From Candidatus Zixiibacteriota bacterium (GTDB lineage Bacteria; Zixibacteria; MSB-5A5; CAIYYT01): 64,000 nucleotides of DNA. The stretch's first letter is position 1, and the number at the start of each line of letters is the position of its first letter. Both the position numbers and the translations under genes were made by a program. The notes under the pieces were generated by a model that did not search any database, was not told where the DNA came from, and was given only the letters and a program-made list of their open reading frames with translations. Below are positions 29,341 to 38,637 of this stretch, piece by piece. Where the stretch lies: the NCBI GenBank assembly GCA_040235515.1, contig JBECKX010000179.1, positions 1 to 64,000 of the forward strand. The letters are read 5' to 3'.

Positions 29341-30336
29341 TTGAAGCTGGAAAAACAACTGCGCACACTCGAATCGTACGAGCAACCGTTCTGGAGATTC
29401 GTCAAGGAGCATTCCAACAATGGTGGCAGCTTGACGGCGTTGTCGATTAAGACGTTTCAAGTCAATGTGGGAAAACGCTGCAATCAAACATGCGTACATT
29501 GCCATGTCGATGCCGGACCGACTCGAAAGGAGATGATGACGCGTGCAACCGTAGACCGCTGTCTTGAGATCATTGCCGGCGTTCCGGGAATCGAGACGGT
29601 AGACATCACCGGTGGCGCGCCGGAGATCAACCCCAACTTCCGGCATCTCGTAACGGAGTCGCGTCGGCTCGGTAAGCATGTGATTGACCGCTGCAATCTC
29701 ACGATTCTGGAATACGAGGGATTCGAGTATCTCTACGAATTTCTCTCCGACAACAGGGTAGAGATTGTGGCGTCACTACCTCACTTCGCAAAGAGCAACA
29801 CTGATCGCCAGCGCGGCGCAGGTGTGTATGATAAATCAATCAACGCGCTGAAGAAGTTGAACGAGCTTGGCTACGGAACTGAACTACCCCTCAATCTGGT
29901 GTACAATCCGGTTGGCTTGTTCCTGAGTGCGCCACAGAAGCAACTGGAGCGTGAGTTCAAGCAGGAACTTCAGCGCAGGCATGGAATCGTATTCAACAAC
30001 CTCTATTGCATCAATAATCTGCCAATCAACCGTTTCCTGGCGTTCCTTGTCCGGAATGGCCGGTTCGAGGATTACATGGAGACACTGGTGACATCGTTCA
30101 ATCCCGGGACGCTGGAGGGATTGATGTGTCGCCACCAGATTTCAGTCGGCTATGACGGTAAGATCTATGATTGCGACTTCAATCAGATGCTGGAGCTGGA
30201 AGCGCAGCCGGTTGGACATATCAATGGTTTCAACCTCGATGAGTTTATGGCACGCCGGATCGAGATCGGCAACCACTGCTTCGGGTGCACGGCAGGTTCC
30301 GGTTCAAGCTGCGGTGGCGAGATCATCGAAGTCTGA
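29341..30336 (+). CDS. arsS: Arsenosugar-biosynthesis-type radical SAM protein ArsS (DUF3641 C-terminus)
   Basis: QVNVGKRCNQTCVHCHVDAGP, DITGGAPE, IDRCNLTIL, LMCRHQISV, YDCDFNQML, HCFGCTAGSGSSCGG. Confidence 0.92.
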   Translation: MKLEKQLRTLESYEQPFWRFVKEHSNNGGSLTALSIKTFQVNVGKRCNQTCVHCHVDAGPTRKEMMTRATVDRCLEIIAGVPGIETVDITGGAPEINPNFRHLVTESRRLGKHVIDRCNLTILEYEGFEYLYEFLSDNRVEIVASLPHFAKSNTDRQRGAGVYDKSINALKKLNELGYGTELPLNLVYNPVGLFLSAPQKQLEREFKQELQRRHGIVFNNLYCINNLPINRFLAFLVRNGRFEDYMETLVTSFNPGTLEGLMCRHQISVGYDGKIYDCDFNQMLELEAQPVGHINGFNLDEFMARRIEIGNHCFGCTAGSGSSCGGEIIEV

Positions 30337-30398
30337 CGTGAATCTGGCGTGACCGGACCACAAATTCATATTCTTCACCCGGATCAGCGGGTTGGAGA

Positions 30399-30428
30399 TT
30401 GAAATCGTGGGTATCGATCGCCTATACT
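30399..30428 (+). promoter_or_regulatory. Sigma70-like promoter, distal in the arsS-ccoI intergenic region
   Basis: TTGAAA-N18-TATACT. Confidence 0.45.
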
Positions 30429-30578
30429 TCAGGTTAAGTTAGCTCACAACGGCACACGGGAAAGAAGGGGCGGGGAGTCTGTGGCATTCGGGACAGAGCG
30501 TGTGCCTCCCTCATCGCCCACCAACCGCTACCTTGATGCGTTTTTAGTTAAGGATTTGCTCACAGAGTCGTGAGATGT

Positions 30579-30596
30579 TTGTGAAAAAAAGCACGA
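30579..30596. promoter_or_regulatory. Rex-like operator upstream of the cbb3 oxidase locus
   Basis: TTGTGAA-AAAA-AGCACGA versus Rex consensus TTGTGAA-N4-TTCACAA (11 of 14 positions match). Confidence 0.4.
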
Positions 30597-30747
30597 ACAT
30601 GGGGCTGAAACGTCAGCGCGGATAGATGTTTGCGTGGCGGAACCGTCGGCATTACGCATTGTGCTGCAACAGTTTATGAGATAGGCCGCAATGGCGCCTA
30701 TCATGGACTGATCTAATCCAAATACCCTACTTTGTCATAAATTTCGC

Positions 30748-30775
30748 TTGACTCTCTCAGGTGAGGAGTTACTAT
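30748..30775 (+). promoter_or_regulatory. Sigma70-like promoter proximal to ccoI
   Basis: TTGACT-N16-TACTAT. Confidence 0.5.
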
Positions 30776-30791
30776 TGGGGAGTCTTTAATC

Positions 30792-30822
30792 GGCGATTAC
30801 ACTAGTTGGCATTACACTAGTT
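30792..30822 (+). repeat. Near-tandem direct repeat ggc(g)attacactagtt x2
   Basis: attacactagtt at 30796-30807 and 30811-30822. Confidence 0.8.
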
Positions 30823-30895
30823 TTCGTGTTTCATGTAACAGTTGTCCATTGTCTTAGTCTGGTAACTTGGCGCGTAGCCGGGATTATGAATAGCA

Positions 30896-33364
30896 GTGAA
30901 TCGATTTGAAGATGCCGAGGGCGGCGAAACATTAGAGGGCACCACCATCGCTGGAGTGGAAGCGTCGCCCGAGTTGAGTTGCGCCCACTGCGGTGATCCC
31001 TGCAGAGAGAGTGACCCAAAGCTTGGGGAGAAGTACTTCTGCTGCCACGGCTGCCTTACTGTTTATCGAATGCTGACAGAACACAAACTGGGCAACTATT
31101 ACCAGTTGAATGCTCAGCCGGGGCTGTCACTCAGGCAACATTCGGGGTCGGAGAAGTTTGAGTTCCTGGATGATCCTGAAACGGCGCGTCGTTTGCTCGA
31201 TTTCAGTGATGGAAAGCTGGCACGGGTTCAGCTGTATGTTCCGCAGGTTTACTGTTCCTCCTGTATCTGGCTCCTGGAAAATCTCTATCGCTTACAACCT
31301 GCTGTGCTGGAGTCGAAGGTTGATTTCGTAAAGAAGGAGATCGCCATCTCCTTCCGTGAAGATAAGCTTACGCTGCGCGAGCTGGTGGAGTTACTGGCGT
31401 CGCTCGGCTACACCCCCAGCCTTACGCTCGATACGACAGAGAAGAAACCGGATCGGAGAATCGGGCGGCGATTGTTGCTTCAGACCGGGCTGGCCGGGTT
31501 TGCCTTTGCCAACATCATGCTGCTCAGTTTCCCCGACTATCTCGACACCGTTGGCGCCATCGGCTCGGAATTCACGCGCTTTTTCGGTGTGGTTAGCCTG
31601 GTACTGGCCACGCCTGTCTTCCTGTACAGTGCTGCGGACTTTTTCAAGACCGCCTGGGGCAGCCTGCGACGCCGCCAGATGCACCTGGATGTTCCAATTT
31701 CGCTCGGCATTATTGCCCTGTTTGCTCGCAGTATCTATGACATAGTCACGGCGACCGGTACGGGGTTCCTGGACTCGATGTCGGGGCTGGTGTTTTTCCT
31801 GCTGATCGGTCGCATAATCCAGACCAGAACTTACAGGGCGCTCTCATTCGACCGCGACTACAAGTCCTACTTCCCGCTCTACGTGACTCGCGTCAGCGGT
31901 GACACCACCCAACAGGTCGCCGCCACCAATGTCACTGTCGGTGACAGGATTGCGGTGAGAAACGGTGAGCTGGTTGTTGCTGATGCGATACTGATCAGCA
32001 GCGAGGCGAGCATCGACTACAGCTTTGTGAGTGGTGAAGCTGAGCCGGTGAGGCGCAAATCGGGGGATTTGGTCTATGCCGGCGGCCGGGTCAGCGGTGA
32101 TCGGGTCGAGCTGGAAGTGGTAAAGGATGTCTCCCAGAGTTACCTCGTCAGCCTCTGGAATTCGCAGCAATTCAAGCGGGAGCGGGAGAGTAAAGCCTCT
32201 CAGCTGGCCGAGAGTGTCGCACGTTATTTTACCGCCGGAGTGTTGCTGCTTGCGGCGATTACCTTTGCCGCCTGGTTTCCGCAGGGATTGAACAGCGCGT
32301 TGCTCACGGCGACTGCGGTGTTGATCGTGGCTTGTCCCTGTGCGCTGGCCTTGACGATTCCGTTCACTTATGGTACGGCGATGCAGGTGATGGGAGCACG
32401 GGAGCTGTATCTGCGCAACCAGGGCGTGGTTGAGGGGTTGGCGAAGGCTGACACGATCGTTTTCGATAAGACCGGTACGCTGACGGTCGGCGGCAGTGGT
32501 GGAGTGGAGTTCGAGGGTGAGGCTTTAACTGCGCGCGAACGCCACCTGATCAAGTCGCTGGCGCTGCAATCGATCCACCCGATGAGTCGTCAAATCGTCG
32601 AGATGCTTGATCACGCTACGGCTTCGATTCCCCAGGGAGTAACTGAAAACCCCGGTCGAGGAATCTTAGGGCGGGTAGCGAATGTTGAAGTAAAAATCGG
32701 TTCACGCGAGTGGATCGGGACCGAGCCGGGGAATGCTGCGGATGCAGCGCCTGAGTCTGGCGGCGAAGCCTGGGTCACATTTGACGGTGTGATACGTGGT
32801 CGATTCGTGATGCGGTCGCAGGTGCGACCCGATGTCGGGCAGAGTCTCTCGACCATGAGAAATACGCATTCGCTCTGGTTGCTCTCCGGTGATGGCGACC
32901 GCGAGAAGGCGCGTTTCACCGATTATTTTGAGGATGACAAACTGATCTTCAGGCAGTCACCACAACAGAAGCTCGATTTCATGGACAGGTTACGGAGCGG
33001 TGGCAAGCGACTGATCATGCTCGGTGACGGGCTCAATGACGCCGGTGCGCTGGCTGCCAGTGATGTGGGGATCGCGGTCTCCGACCGGGTGGCATCCTTC
33101 ACTCCGGCCAGCGACGCGATCCTGGCGGGGGAGTCTTTGTGGCGGATGCCGGCCTTTATTGGCCTGAGCAAACGCGCGATCAAGATAGTGGTCGCCGGAT
33201 TCATAATATCATTTGTCTATAATTTCGTGGGATTATACTTTGCCGTAACGGGTCAACTTTCACCACTTTTGGCGGCGATTCTGATGCCGCTCTCCTCGGT
33301 GACGGTTGTCGGATTTGCGGTAGCCGCCACCAGATTGGCGGCGAAACGGGAAGGTTTGATATAA
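30896..33364 (+). CDS. ccoI: Cu-translocating P1B-type ATPase CcoI/FixI
   Basis: CAHCG..FCCHGC N-terminal domain, YCSSC HMA motif, SGEA, ACPCAL, DKTGT, GDGLND, YN..MPLSS. Confidence 0.93.
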   Translation: MNRFEDAEGGETLEGTTIAGVEASPELSCAHCGDPCRESDPKLGEKYFCCHGCLTVYRMLTEHKLGNYYQLNAQPGLSLRQHSGSEKFEFLDDPETARRLLDFSDGKLARVQLYVPQVYCSSCIWLLENLYRLQPAVLESKVDFVKKEIAISFREDKLTLRELVELLASLGYTPSLTLDTTEKKPDRRIGRRLLLQTGLAGFAFANIMLLSFPDYLDTVGAIGSEFTRFFGVVSLVLATPVFLYSAADFFKTAWGSLRRRQMHLDVPISLGIIALFARSIYDIVTATGTGFLDSMSGLVFFLLIGRIIQTRTYRALSFDRDYKSYFPLYVTRVSGDTTQQVAATNVTVGDRIAVRNGELVVADAILISSEASIDYSFVSGEAEPVRRKSGDLVYAGGRVSGDRVELEVVKDVSQSYLVSLWNSQQFKRERESKASQLAESVARYFTAGVLLLAAITFAAWFPQGLNSALLTATAVLIVACPCALALTIPFTYGTAMQVMGARELYLRNQGVVEGLAKADTIVFDKTGTLTVGGSGGVEFEGEALTARERHLIKSLALQSIHPMSRQIVEMLDHATASIPQGVTENPGRGILGRVANVEVKIGSREWIGTEPGNAADAAPESGGEAWVTFDGVIRGRFVMRSQVRPDVGQSLSTMRNTHSLWLLSGDGDREKARFTDYFEDDKLIFRQSPQQKLDFMDRLRSGGKRLIMLGDGLNDAGALAASDVGIAVSDRVASFTPASDAILAGESLWRMPAFIGLSKRAIKIVVAGFIISFVYNFVGLYFAVTGQLSPLLAAILMPLSSVTVVGFAVAATRLAAKREGLI

Positions 33365-33366
33365 GC

Positions 33367-33573
33367 GTGTCCGCGATTTTTCTGCTCATCGGTGCAAGCC
33401 TGCTGGTGGCGGTGGGATTCCTGGCGTTGTTCGTGTGGGCGGTCAGGAGCGGCCAGTATGAGGATACGGTCACCCCGAGTATGAGAATGGTGGTTGACGA
33501 TGACGGCGCGGTGCCTGGCGGGCAGCACGGCGCTTCGGTGCAAAGAAAAGATAGCAGTAACAACCTGGAGTGA
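33367..33573 (+). CDS. ccoS: cbb3 oxidase maturation protein CcoS
   Basis: Single TM followed by FVWAVRSGQYED..PSMRMVVDD. Confidence 0.9.
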   Translation: MSAIFLLIGASLLVAVGFLALFVWAVRSGQYEDTVTPSMRMVVDDDGAVPGGQHGASVQRKDSSNNLE

Positions 33574-33589
33574 TGGAGTGAGCTGACGC

Positions 33590-35722
33590 ATGGAAGTCGA
33601 ACAATTTTCATACGACAATAAAATCGTCAGGTATTTCACCTACGCGACCGCCTTATGGGGCGCAGTAGGTATGTTGGTCGGGGTGATCGTCGCCCTGCAG
33701 ATATTTATTCCGGAAGCGAATTTCGGTATCTCGTGGTTGACCTATGGCAGGCTCAGGCCGCTGCACACGAATGCTGTAATTTTCGCTTTCGTCGGCAACG
33801 GCATTTTCGCCGGCGTCTATTACTCGCTGCAACGACTCTGCAAAGCGAGGATGTGGTCTGACCTGCTGAGCAAGCTGCATTTCTGGGGCTGGCAGTTGAT
33901 CATCGTCTCGGCGGCGATCACTTTGCCACTCGGGTATACCACCTCGAAGGAGTACGCGGAGCTGGAGTGGCCAATCGATATCCTGATCGCGCTCGTCTGG
34001 GTGATTTTCACGGTCAACATGTTCGGAACGATATTCAAGCGGCGCGAACGTCATATGTACGTCGCGATCTGGTTTTACATCGCGACCGTCGTGACGGTGG
34101 CGATGCTGCATATCGTTAACTCAATCGAGTTCCCGCTATCGTTGATGAAGAGTTATCCGGTTTACGCCGGAGTACAGGATGCGCTGGTGCAGTGGTGGTA
34201 CGGCCACAACGCCGTGGCGTTCTTCCTGACCACACCGTACCTGGGGTTGATGTACTACTTCGTGCCGAAGGCGGCGAACCGTCCGATATTCTCCTACCGG
34301 CTCTCGATCATTCACTTCTGGGCGCTGATCTTCATCTACATCTGGGCAGGCCCTCACCATTTGCTTTACACCTCACTCCCTGACTGGGCTCAGTCGCTCG
34401 GCACGGTGTTCTCGATCATGCTGATTGCTCCGTCCTGGGGTGGCATGATCAACGGATTGTTGACATTGCGTGGCGCCTGGGATCGAGTACGCACCGATCC
34501 GATTTTGAAGTTCTTCGTTGTAGCGATAACGGCTTACGGTATGGCAACTTTCGAGGGGCCGATGCTTTCGATAAAGAGCGTCAATGCTATCTCGCACTAC
34601 ACCAGCTGGACCATTGCCCATGTGCATGTGGGAGCGCTCGGCTGGAACGGATTGCTGACCTTTGGCATGCTGTACTGGATGGTGCCTCGTTTATTCAAGA
34701 CGAAACTCTATTCGGTCAAACTGGCGAATTTGCACTTCTGGATATCGACGCTGGGGATTGCCTTCTATGCCATCCCGATGTATTTCGCCGGTTGGATGGA
34801 AGGATTGCTCTGGAAGCAGTTCACGCCTGAGGGTTTCTTGCAATACCCCAACTTCCTTGAGATCGTTACCCAGATCATCCCGATGTATGCGATTCGTGCA
34901 TTCGGCGGCGCGCTTTACCTCTCCGGCGTATTCGTGATGGCGTACAATTTGATCAAGACGATGAAATCGGGTGTGGCGGAGGACAACGAAGCTGCCGAAG
35001 CCCCGGCGTTGCCGAAGAAGTATCATGAGAAGGAAGTTCATCCATACCGTCACCGCTGGCTGGAGGCCAAGCCGGCACAGTTTATCGTGCTGACCTTTAT
35101 CGCCGTGGCCATCGGCGGATTGATCGAATTCATACCGACATTCATGGTAAAATCGAATGTGCCGACGATTGCGTCGGTACGCCCTTACACGCCGCTTGAA
35201 TTGGAGGGTCGCGACATTTATATCCGCGAGGGATGCAACAACTGCCATTCGCAGATGATCAGACCATTTCGCTCCGAGACCGAGCGCTATGGTGAATACT
35301 CCAAGGTTGGTGAGTTCGTGTATGACCATCCGTTCCTCTGGGGTTCCAAGCGCACCGGACCTGATCTGCACCGTATCGGCGGCAAGTACCCCGATGCGTG
35401 GCATTATCAGCATATGGAGGATCCACGCTCGATGTCGCCGGGATCGGTAATGCCGCCTTACCCGTGGTTGCTGACCAGCAAGCTTGACACCTCGCATACT
35501 CGCGACAAGATATCATTGATGCGATCGCTCGGAGCGCCATACAGCGATGGTTACGAGGAGCAGGCGATGGCCGACTTACAGGAACAGGCGGAGGGAATTT
35601 CCAAGGGGCTTGAGGAAGCGAAGATCATCACCGACTGGGATTCCGAGATCGTGGCCCTGATTGCTTACCTGCAACGACTTGGAACCGATATCAAGGTAGA
35701 GGGGGCGCAGGCGGGATTATGA
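33590..35722 (+). CDS. ccoN: cbb3-type cytochrome c oxidase fused subunits I/II (CcoNO)
   Basis: GRLRPLHTNAVIFAF, QWWYGHNAV, WAGPHHL, HVHVG; then GRDIYIREGCNNCHSQMIRP, WGSKRTGPDL. Confidence 0.97.
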   Translation: MEVEQFSYDNKIVRYFTYATALWGAVGMLVGVIVALQIFIPEANFGISWLTYGRLRPLHTNAVIFAFVGNGIFAGVYYSLQRLCKARMWSDLLSKLHFWGWQLIIVSAAITLPLGYTTSKEYAELEWPIDILIALVWVIFTVNMFGTIFKRRERHMYVAIWFYIATVVTVAMLHIVNSIEFPLSLMKSYPVYAGVQDALVQWWYGHNAVAFFLTTPYLGLMYYFVPKAANRPIFSYRLSIIHFWALIFIYIWAGPHHLLYTSLPDWAQSLGTVFSIMLIAPSWGGMINGLLTLRGAWDRVRTDPILKFFVVAITAYGMATFEGPMLSIKSVNAISHYTSWTIAHVHVGALGWNGLLTFGMLYWMVPRLFKTKLYSVKLANLHFWISTLGIAFYAIPMYFAGWMEGLLWKQFTPEGFLQYPNFLEIVTQIIPMYAIRAFGGALYLSGVFVMAYNLIKTMKSGVAEDNEAAEAPALPKKYHEKEVHPYRHRWLEAKPAQFIVLTFIAVAIGGLIEFIPTFMVKSNVPTIASVRPYTPLELEGRDIYIREGCNNCHSQMIRPFRSETERYGEYSKVGEFVYDHPFLWGSKRTGPDLHRIGGKYPDAWHYQHMEDPRSMSPGSVMPPYPWLLTSKLDTSHTRDKISLMRSLGAPYSDGYEEQAMADLQEQAEGISKGLEEAKIITDWDSEIVALIAYLQRLGTDIKVEGAQAGL

Positions 35723-35916
35723 TACACGATATCTTCACATCGATTGAGGGAGTGGGGCTTTACCCCATCATCACACTGATTCTGTTCCTGGTGGTCTTTG
35801 TGGCGGTCGGTTTATGGGCGTTGTTTGCCAACCGCGAATACCTGGACCACATGAAGCAACTACCACTAGAAGATTCCGACCTGAGCGTCGGAGTGGGAGA
35901 GCGGAAAGATGGCTGA
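35719..35916 (+). CDS. ccoQ: cbb3 oxidase subunit CcoQ
   Basis: Small single-TM protein ending MKQLPLED, overlapping ccoNO and ccoP. Confidence 0.85.
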   Translation: MIHDIFTSIEGVGLYPIITLILFLVVFVAVGLWALFANREYLDHMKQLPLEDSDLSVGVGERKDG

Positions 35917-36577
35917 GTATAAGGACGAACTGCTTGACCACGAGTATGACGGTATCCGTGAACTGGATAACGACCTGCCGCCCTGGTGGCTCTACATGTT
36001 CTATATCACGATCGCCTGGGGAGTACTCTATTTCGCTTACTACCACGTTTTCGATATTGGCTATTCCTCAACCGATCAGTACATGGCGGAACTGGATCCG
36101 AAGTACACGCGCGATCAGAATCCCAATTACTCGCCGCCGAAGTTGATCCGGACGTATCATTCTCCCTGGTACAGTTCGCGCGGCGACGAGACACCTTACT
36201 CGATTGCGATGTCAGGCCCGCAGGCGGAATTCGTGGAAATGAACCGCGAGGATGAGCCTGAGGTAGATGCACTGACCGCTCCGGAAGCGCTTGCCGCCGG
36301 CGAACAGTTGTTCAAGAAGAACTGTGTGCAGTGTCACGGCGTCGCGGGTGAGGGCGGCATCGGGCCGAACCTCACAGATCAGTACTGGCTGCATGGCGCG
36401 GGGATCAACAATGTTCTTCGTACAATCAAATATGGTGTCCCCGCGAAGGGGATGATTGCCTGGCGCGGTTTTCTCTCACAGGAAGAGATCCACGAGGTCG
36501 CCAGCTACATCCTGACGTTGGAGGGCACCAATCCTCCGAACGCCAAGGCCCCTCAGGGTGAGTTAGTTACTGAATAG
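35909..36577 (+). CDS. ccoP: cbb3 oxidase subunit III CcoP (monohaem type)
   Basis: DHEYDGIRELDNDLPPWW, single CVQCH, GPNLTDQYWLHG, GMIAW. Confidence 0.93.
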   Translation: MAEYKDELLDHEYDGIRELDNDLPPWWLYMFYITIAWGVLYFAYYHVFDIGYSSTDQYMAELDPKYTRDQNPNYSPPKLIRTYHSPWYSSRGDETPYSIAMSGPQAEFVEMNREDEPEVDALTAPEALAAGEQLFKKNCVQCHGVAGEGGIGPNLTDQYWLHGAGINNVLRTIKYGVPAKGMIAWRGFLSQEEIHEVASYILTLEGTNPPNAKAPQGELVTE

Positions 36578-36653
36578 TCATGCATAGTCGCGCCGCCCGG
36601 CTGGAGATCCCTGCCGGCGCGGCCGCTTCCCTTGCTATTGGAGTGATGCTGCA

Positions 36654-38126
36654 ATGTCAGCTCCGCAGACCGACAAACCAGATTCTTACCGCGACCATAT
36701 CTCGACAGTTGACGATTCCGGAAAGCGAGTAATCCTCTATCCGACGAAACCGAAGGGGCGTTATCATCGGGCGCGCCTGATCGTCAGCTGGTTTCTGCTG
36801 GCATTTATGTTCGGGGCGCCATTCATCAAGGTGAACGGTCACCCGCTGATGCTGCTGAACGTATTCGAACGCAAGTTCGTGATCTTCGGCACAGCTTTCT
36901 GGCCACAGGATTTTTACCTGTTTGTCTTTGCGGTGCTCTCGTTTGTGGTGTTTATCGTTCTCTTCACGGTGATCTTCGGCCGATTGTGGTGCGGTTGGGC
37001 GTGTCCCCAGACGATTTTCATGGAGATGGTTTTCCGCAAGATCGAGTATTGGATCGAGGGCAACGCCGGCAAGCAGCGCAAGCTCGACCGCTCGCCCTGG
37101 ACGGCCCAGAAGACTTTCAAGAAGCTCACCAAGCATGCAATCTTTCTCGCCATCTCGTTCCTCGTGGGCAACACGGTGGTTGCGTGGCTGGTTGGCGTCG
37201 AGAAGTTGCAGGAGTTGATCACCGACGGTCCCGGTGCACATCTCGGCGCGTTCATCGGCGTAGTCGTATTCAGTCTGATAACCTACGGCGTATTCGCACG
37301 CTTCCGCGAGCAGGTCTGCCTGATTGTGTGTCCCTACGGAAGACTTCAGTCGGTATTGCTTGACGACAGGTCGATTGTCGTGTCATACGACTTCAAACGT
37401 GGCGAGCCGCGAAAGCCGATGTCGCTGAAGAAGGATGAGACGCGCGAAGCGGGGGATTGCATCATGTGTAATTCGTGTGTCGATGTTTGCCCCACCGGCA
37501 TCGATATTCGCAACGGAACGCAGCTTGAGTGCATCAACTGCACGGCCTGTATGGATGCCTGCGACACCGTAATGGACAAAATCGGATTTGAACGCGGGTT
37601 GGTTCGCTATGCCTCTCACAAACGAATCCTGGAGGGGCTGCGACTAAAGGTCACGCCGCGCATGATCGGCTATTCGGCGGTGCTGGTAGCGCTCTTGACG
37701 CTGCTGGTGTTCTTATTGCTGGGACGAAGTGATTTCGAGACTACGATCTTCCGTACCCCCGGAGTGATGTTCGAGGAACTGGAGAATGGAAACATCCGTA
37801 ATCTCTATTCGATCAAGGTGATCAATAAGACGTTTGATCCTTACGACGTGGAACTGAAGCTCAAGGATATCGAGGGTTCGATCAGTATGGTTGGCGGCGA
37901 TATCACGCTGCCGCGACAGGGGCTTGCCGAAACAGCGTTCTTTGTGGATATTCCACAACGGGTGCTGAAGTCATCGCGTCAAGATATCGTGATCGATGTG
38001 TTTGCCGGCGACAGGTTGGTGGAGACGGTCGAATCGACGTTCTTAGGCCCGCGCGTGAGCGTGCATCGGGATGACGTTGCTGATCCGGAAGAAAAAGAAT
38101 CAGACAAGGCGAACGATGGAAACTGA
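36654..38126 (+). CDS. ccoG: Cytochrome c oxidase accessory protein CcoG/FixG
   Basis: GRLWCGWACPQT, REQVCLIVCPYGRLQ, CIMCNSCVDVCPTGIDIRNGTQLECINCTACMDAC. Confidence 0.95.
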   Translation: MSAPQTDKPDSYRDHISTVDDSGKRVILYPTKPKGRYHRARLIVSWFLLAFMFGAPFIKVNGHPLMLLNVFERKFVIFGTAFWPQDFYLFVFAVLSFVVFIVLFTVIFGRLWCGWACPQTIFMEMVFRKIEYWIEGNAGKQRKLDRSPWTAQKTFKKLTKHAIFLAISFLVGNTVVAWLVGVEKLQELITDGPGAHLGAFIGVVVFSLITYGVFARFREQVCLIVCPYGRLQSVLLDDRSIVVSYDFKRGEPRKPMSLKKDETREAGDCIMCNSCVDVCPTGIDIRNGTQLECINCTACMDACDTVMDKIGFERGLVRYASHKRILEGLRLKVTPRMIGYSAVLVALLTLLVFLLLGRSDFETTIFRTPGVMFEELENGNIRNLYSIKVINKTFDPYDVELKLKDIEGSISMVGGDITLPRQGLAETAFFVDIPQRVLKSSRQDIVIDVFAGDRLVETVESTFLGPRVSVHRDDVADPEEKESDKANDGN

Positions 38127-38607
38127 CAGGAAAACTGAGAGCAAGACCGCAAAGCCGAAGGACCGGACGTGGGGAATCGGTATAGCCGTGTTCTACTCGT
38201 TGTTCGTGGTAGTGACCTTGGGCCTCGTCTTCTACGCCACGTTGCAGAAGTTCGATCTGGTGGCGGAGAACTACTACGAGGATGGGGTCAGGTATCAGGA
38301 TCGCATCGACCAGAAGCGCCTGGCCGAGTCTGCAGAGTACAAGCTCGAGATCAAGTATGATCGGGCGAATCGCGCAGTGAATCTGCAATTCCCCGAGAAT
38401 CTGGCGACAGACTCTATTTCGGGCAAGGTCGTGTTGTTCAGACCGTCAAACGCTTCACTCGATCGGCACTGGGAGTTGCAGGTGGATACGGATGGTTCAC
38501 AGCGACTCGACCTCAAGGGCGCCAGCAAGGGAGTCTGGAAAGTGATGGTCTACTGGAAGGCCGGGAGCACCGACCTGTACAGTGAAAAGTCAATCTACGT
38601 CGAGTAA
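38116..38607 (+). CDS. FixH/CcoH family protein
   Basis: WGIGI TM, DLVAENYYEDGVRYQDRID, LFRPSNASLD; position after ccoG. Confidence 0.85.
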   Translation: METDRKTESKTAKPKDRTWGIGIAVFYSLFVVVTLGLVFYATLQKFDLVAENYYEDGVRYQDRIDQKRLAESAEYKLEIKYDRANRAVNLQFPENLATDSISGKVVLFRPSNASLDRHWELQVDTDGSQRLDLKGASKGVWKVMVYWKAGSTDLYSEKSIYVE

Positions 38608-38637
38608 TAGTTAGCTCGCGAGCACGAGAGAGAGCTT

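Noticed and set aside
30708..30721. Possible FNR box (ctgatctaatccaa) upstream of ccoI
   Set aside because: Three mismatches to TTGAT-N4-ATCAA and not at a canonical distance from the promoter
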